64,000 nucleotides of DNA, taken from assembly GCA_965214775.1 (NCBI GenBank), contig OZ243974.1, positions 896,001 to 960,000 on the forward strand. The letters run 5' to 3'. Origin of the DNA: Nitrosopumilus sp. (GTDB lineage: Archaea > Thermoproteota > Nitrososphaeria > Nitrososphaerales > Nitrosopumilaceae). A model generated the notes under the pieces. That model saw only the letters and a program-made list of their open reading frames with translations, searched no databases and was not told the origin of the DNA. Position 1 is the first letter of the stretch. Each line of letters starts with the position of its first letter. Below are positions 59,891 through 64,000 of the stretch, piece by piece. Position numbers and translations under genes: made by a program.

Positions 59891-60343
59891 ATGAAATCAT
59901 CCAAAAAGGGCGGTTTGATCGTATTGCTTGCTCTTGCCATGGGCATTTTTGGATATTCCCAATACGCCTCAGCATCGCAGATCGAGGTAAATATCACTCA
60001 AAGCCAGTTACTAGCCCAGACAGACTCGGGCTCAACCTATAATGTTGAATTAGAGTTTCAGAATCCGTCACTTTTAGTTTTAACGGCAGGTGAGACGGAA
60101 TTCTTTGTATTATCAAATGACGAGATGGCCGGAAAAGGCAAACTAGAGCCGTTCACTCTCCAGCCATTATCTAACAGCTATGTTTCAGGGGAATTTCATA
60201 CCAGTTCCCATGCAAGTGATCAGGTCAGATCGGTGAAGATTACCGGGGTTACAAAGTATGACATGGTACTGACATCTATCGATGTGCCATTTGTCTATCA
60301 TCCAACAGAAGAGCAGGCAAGAGAATTTATACATCAAGAATAG
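59891..60343 (+). CDS. Hypothetical LEA_2-like secreted protein
   Basis: N-terminal TM, LEFQNPS. Confidence 0.7.
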   Translation: MKSSKKGGLIVLLALAMGIFGYSQYASASQIEVNITQSQLLAQTDSGSTYNVELEFQNPSLLVLTAGETEFFVLSNDEMAGKGKLEPFTLQPLSNSYVSGEFHTSSHASDQVRSVKITGVTKYDMVLTSIDVPFVYHPTEEQAREFIHQE

Positions 60344-60354
60344 ATTCATCTCAA

Positions 60355-61248
60355 ATGCTAACGGTTTTTGGTTCTGTAGCATTAGACACAATCCGAACCC
60401 CAAAAAAAACTCTCAAAAACGTATTGGGCGGAGCTGCAACGTTTGCAGCAGTTTCTGCTAGCAATTTCGTAGACACCGGATTGATTGCAGTTGTAGGAAA
60501 AGATTTTCCTAAAAGGCACCATGACCTGCTAGCAAAACGTCTTGATCTGAAAGGCCTTACGATAAAAAACGGAAGGACGTTTCGATATGACGGAAGATAT
60601 GACGATACCCTGAGCACAAGAACTACCTTAAAAACGGAACTAAACGTACTGGGGGATTTTAAGCCGACGGTTCCAGAGGAATATAAGAAATCCCAGTTCG
60701 TATATCTTGCAAACAATGATCCAGGACAAAATACCAGACTGATTAGCGAGTTTGACAACGTAAAATTTTCAATGTGTGACACGATAGATTTTTGGATTTC
60801 AACAAAACGTCAGAAAGTAATCAAGATGATAAAATCCGTAGATGCAGTAGTAATCAATGATGAGGAGGCAAAGTTGCTCACAAAGGAATTCAACCTGATA
60901 AAGTGTGCTAAAAAAATGATGCAGTGGGGCGCAAAATATGTAATAATCAAAAAGGGGGAACACGGTTCTCTCATGTTCTATGACGACGTAATTTTCCCAA
61001 CTGCAGGTTTCTCACTAGAGGATGTCGTCGATCCCACAGGCGCAGGCGATTCATTTGCAGGCGCAATGATTGGCTATCTGGCTAGTAAAAAATCCACCAG
61101 CCTTTCGGAAATTAAAAAGGCAGTAGTATATGGAAACGTAATGGGATCGTTTGCAGTAGAACGGTACGGGCTTGATGGCTTGCTAAGAATCAAGAAGGGA
61201 GACATCGGAAAACGAGTCAAAATGTATGAAAGGATGATTCGTTTCTAA
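60355..61248 (+). CDS. PfkB-family carbohydrate kinase
   Basis: GSVALD, LGGAA, INDEEA, KKGEHG, VVDPTGAGDSFAG. Confidence 0.95.
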   Translation: MLTVFGSVALDTIRTPKKTLKNVLGGAATFAAVSASNFVDTGLIAVVGKDFPKRHHDLLAKRLDLKGLTIKNGRTFRYDGRYDDTLSTRTTLKTELNVLGDFKPTVPEEYKKSQFVYLANNDPGQNTRLISEFDNVKFSMCDTIDFWISTKRQKVIKMIKSVDAVVINDEEAKLLTKEFNLIKCAKKMMQWGAKYVIIKKGEHGSLMFYDDVIFPTAGFSLEDVVDPTGAGDSFAGAMIGYLASKKSTSLSEIKKAVVYGNVMGSFAVERYGLDGLLRIKKGDIGKRVKMYERMIRF

Positions 61249-61548
61249 GGTTCTGTGCAATCTTGGTGATATAGACATGGAATCACGGTCTTCTCCATAT
61301 TGGGATTTATGCCTATACAGAATCCTTGCTCCGTTCCATGATCCTGAATCCCTCGTGTCCGAACACGTTCCTTCTGATATACTCCAGAGGGGGTTGTCGC
61401 CTAATTCGCCAGAATTCCTGAAAACCGCTGAGATGTCAGTGGATCAGGCGTGCAAAAATGGCGGAAATTCAGAAAAACGTGCAGGTTGAGCCAGGTAGGT
61501 GGAATTAGGCGACAGCCCCATTTCAGCTGTAGAAGATTGCACAGAACC
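61249..61548. mobile_element. Family D non-autonomous element (IS6-like IRs) containing a family C MITE
   Basis: TIR GGTTCTGTGCAATCTT...AAGATTGCACAGAACC; begins immediately after the PfkB stop. Another decayed D piece lies at about 61593-61652. Confidence 0.8.
61390..61519. mobile_element. MITE family C (inverted), nested
   Basis: GGGGTTGTCGCCTAATTC...GAATTAGGCGACAGCCCC. Confidence 0.9.
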
Positions 61549-61792
61549 AAGGAGGACAATCTTGAAAAATCTGGAAGATAGGAAAATACATCCGTGTCCT
61601 GAACGCCACCGTTTCAATCCGTAGAAGATCCATGCCTCAGACGTCCAAGATTATGTATATTTCCAGACATCTCCGACCTAGAGATCTGGCCACCAAACCA
61701 AGGAAAATCCGAATCCGGTGAAGTTCCATATCCCCAATTTTAGAACCGTTTCTAAAAAGACTTAAGTCCAATCATCATCCAAGTTGCTTTAA

Positions 61793-62146
61793 TTGACGCA
61801 GGAAATTTCTGAAGATGTAGATCGTTTGGAAGCTATTTTCAAGCTTCAAAAGGGATTATCAGAAATGATGAAACTGGACAGGTATCCAAAGGACTCCGAG
61901 GGGAGGGTTTCAGCATTGGCTACTGCGATTGTGCACGAGGCAGTTGAACTACAAAGAACAACAAATTGGAAGTGGTGGAAAACCCCTACAAAATTTAACG
62001 AGGCAGAGGCCAGAGAAGAGCTTGTAGATATCTGGCATTTCGTGGTCCAGGCATCACTGGAACTTAACCTGTCGCCGGACGATATTCTCAGGGAGTACAG
62101 AAGAAAAAATGAAATCAACAGAGAGAGACAGAGAAACGGCTATTGA
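61793..62146 (+). CDS. Dimeric dUTPase / MazG-like pyrophosphatase
   Basis: HEAVEL...WKWWK, EELVDIWHF, Y..KNEIN.ERQ.NGY. Confidence 0.88.
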   Translation: MTQEISEDVDRLEAIFKLQKGLSEMMKLDRYPKDSEGRVSALATAIVHEAVELQRTTNWKWWKTPTKFNEAEAREELVDIWHFVVQASLELNLSPDDILREYRRKNEINRERQRNGY

Positions 62147-62622
62147 AGCGACTTTATCTTTTTTTCAATGACACAAAGATCAGTTTCATTGATCATGTCT
62201 TCTAAACGAATGTTGTCTTGAAAGTGTTTTATCTTGTTTTCAGACGATGTGAGAAACGGATCCGGGCTTGATGAATTTATTATTCTAAAGTTTGAATCAA
62301 TCCCATTTTTATGCAATTCAAAAAGCGAATGGCCAGCTTTGTGTCCCCAGACTTCCTTTCCACAGACAATTATGGTCTTTACATTACTGTTCATAAAGAC
62401 GTAATCAATGATTGAATCAATCCCCTTGTTCTCAGACAACAGTCTGCCGGCAACGCAAATCTGGTTCAAAATTTCAGAATTCTGGAGTTTTTTTAACAGA
62501 TCGATGCTTGAAAGTGTACATACGGCTATAGACGAGTCGGGATTGCCCAGAAATCTTTCCTCAGGAATGGGCAGAATTACCTTGCAAAGTTCACCAATTG
62601 CTTGGCCTAGCGCATTACTCAT
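62140..62622 (-). CDS. MtrA-like protein
   Basis: GNPDSSIAVCTLSS, ENKGI, IVCGKEVWGHKAGHSL..LHKNGID. Confidence 0.85.
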   Translation of the reverse strand: MSNALGQAIGELCKVILPIPEERFLGNPDSSIAVCTLSSIDLLKKLQNSEILNQICVAGRLLSENKGIDSIIDYVFMNSNVKTIIVCGKEVWGHKAGHSLFELHKNGIDSNFRIINSSSPDPFLTSSENKIKHFQDNIRLEDMINETDLCVIEKKIKSLQ

Positions 62623-63704
62623 AAGGCTTTACGCATTATTTTTGCAATTTCGTCAAGATTCCTTTTTGTCACTCCTGGATGAATCGGGATTGAGAGAACG
62701 CTTGATGCTGCCCAATCAGTTACGGGCAATCTTGTTTTTAGCCTGTAAAACGGGGTTTTATGGACCGGTGTCGCATAGTAGGCTGCCGCGCCAACACCTT
62801 TTTTGTTTAATGCTTTGAGCAGTCTGTCCCGCTTGTTTGAGGCAATTGTGTACAGATACCAGTTTACGTTTTCATGTTTTTTTGACTTTGGCAGATCGAC
62901 TTGCAGATCAGAGATCAGTTTTGACAGGTAATTCGCATTGCTTTTTCTTGCCTTCAGGAACCCAGGCAGTTTTTTCATTTGTATGGTTGCAATAGCTGCG
63001 CTTATCTCTGGCAGCCTAAGGTTTAGTCCAAAGATCCGGGTATCGCATCCTTTTGCCATGCCGTGATTTCTTATCATCAACAACTTATCATGCAGTTTTT
63101 TGTCGTCTGTTACAACAAATCCCCCCTCGCCTGCAGTCATGACTTTTGCAGGATACATGCTATAGCAGCCCACTTCAAAGAATGTTCCGGCGTGCCTTCC
63201 TTTGTATACAGAACCCAAGGATTGAGCGGCGTCTTCAACAATTGGAATGCCGTGTTTTCTTGAGATTTCCGATAATTGTGATATGTCTGCAACGTTTCCA
63301 TAGAGATGGACGGGAATTACGGCTCTAGTTTTCTTTGAAATTTTACGCTTGCAGTCCAGAGGATCAATCGTATAATCTTCTTTTTTGATATCTACAAAAA
63401 CCGGCTTTGCGCCGACAGACAAAACAGCGTTGGCAGTTGCAACAAACGTAAAGGAAGGCAACAGCACCTCGTCGCCTTTTTTGATATCCAATGCCAAAAG
63501 AGCAGCCTGAAGGGCCGCAGTTCCGGAATTTACAGCAACGGCAAATTTAGATTTGGTAAATGACGAGGCCTGCTTTTCAAACTGTTGGACGTGCTTTCCG
63601 CCATGGCTGGCAGCAGACGTCAGTAGTGCTCCGTTTTGTAAAATTGATCTCACGGCTGAAACTTCCTCCTTGCCCACAATAGGAATATTGATTGCGATTT
63701 TCAA
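62619..63704 (-). CDS. DegT/DnrJ/EryC1/StrS aminotransferase
   Basis: AVNSGTAAL, FTFVATANA, IPVHLYG, EDAAQSLG, SMYPAKVMTAGEGG. Confidence 0.95.
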   Translation of the reverse strand: MKIAINIPIVGKEEVSAVRSILQNGALLTSAASHGGKHVQQFEKQASSFTKSKFAVAVNSGTAALQAALLALDIKKGDEVLLPSFTFVATANAVLSVGAKPVFVDIKKEDYTIDPLDCKRKISKKTRAVIPVHLYGNVADISQLSEISRKHGIPIVEDAAQSLGSVYKGRHAGTFFEVGCYSMYPAKVMTAGEGGFVVTDDKKLHDKLLMIRNHGMAKGCDTRIFGLNLRLPEISAAIATIQMKKLPGFLKARKSNANYLSKLISDLQVDLPKSKKHENVNWYLYTIASNKRDRLLKALNKKGVGAAAYYATPVHKTPFYRLKTRLPVTDWAASSVLSIPIHPGVTKRNLDEIAKIMRKAL

Positions 63705-63786
63705 CAGTAGTTCTGTTTATAACTAGTCTATAAATCTCCTCAGGAACACATGAATTTTTATATTTCAAAATTTGGCAAACGGCATT

Positions 63787-64000
63787 GTGAAATCGCGTAA
63801 TCTAGAAAGAACAGATCCCGGATACAGGGTCTACCTGTACGTTTTCTATGTTTGTGGCTTCATCATGGGATCATCCCTTGTCTTTGGGGTCTATGTTACA
63901 ATGCAAGAGTGGCTGGCAAATGGGACTTATGTCATGGGAGAGGCAATACACAATACGGCAATCCCCTTTGAGAATTTTGCCAGGGTTTCAACGTGGATCT
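63787..64000 (+). CDS. Partial membrane protein running off the window
   Basis: Open frame from GTG 63787 with hydrophobic YLYVFYVCGFIMGSSLVFGVYV. Confidence 0.5.
   Translation, partial: MKSRNLERTDPGYRVYLYVFYVCGFIMGSSLVFGVYVTMQEWLANGTYVMGEAIHNTAIPFENFARVSTWI

Noticed and set aside
62140-62622. Evidence of methanogenesis
   Set aside because: A stand-alone MtrA-like gene with no other mtr/mcr genes; such homologues are common in Thaumarchaeota.

Overview
Genome segment from an ammonia-oxidising archaeon (Nitrosopumilaceae, Thaumarchaeota), probably a host-associated lineage such as a sponge symbiont (inferred from the serpin/subtilase cargo and very high mobile-element load). The backbone holds typical thaumarchaeal genes: archaeal CoA pathway (PoK, PPS, panB, coaBC), aCPSF1, proteasome beta, egsA, sepF, rtcA, bluB, MtrA-like, tRNA-Val(GAC) and an intron-containing tRNA-Arg(CCT). 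Accessory content: (1) an sspA-sspB-sspC DNA-phosphorothioation-type operon with no sspD/sspE in the window; (2) an 11.7 kb insertion (19045-30765) bounded by an 8-bp duplication GATTATTC, carrying a translationally coupled giant subtilase-serpin pair between two internally deleted IS110 elements that both keep a 130-nt two-loop, bridge-RNA-like region, plus IS481 and an IS66 whose transposase is broken by two MITEs; (3) at least eight families of short inverted-repeat elements, often nested; (4) two disrupted DUF3800-like genes, one followed by a predicted structured RNA; (5) a frameshifted GNAT toxin module, a divergent bacterial-type triosephosphate isomerase and a 13x33-bp coding repeat. 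All family calls come from motif recognition by eye; no database searches were run.
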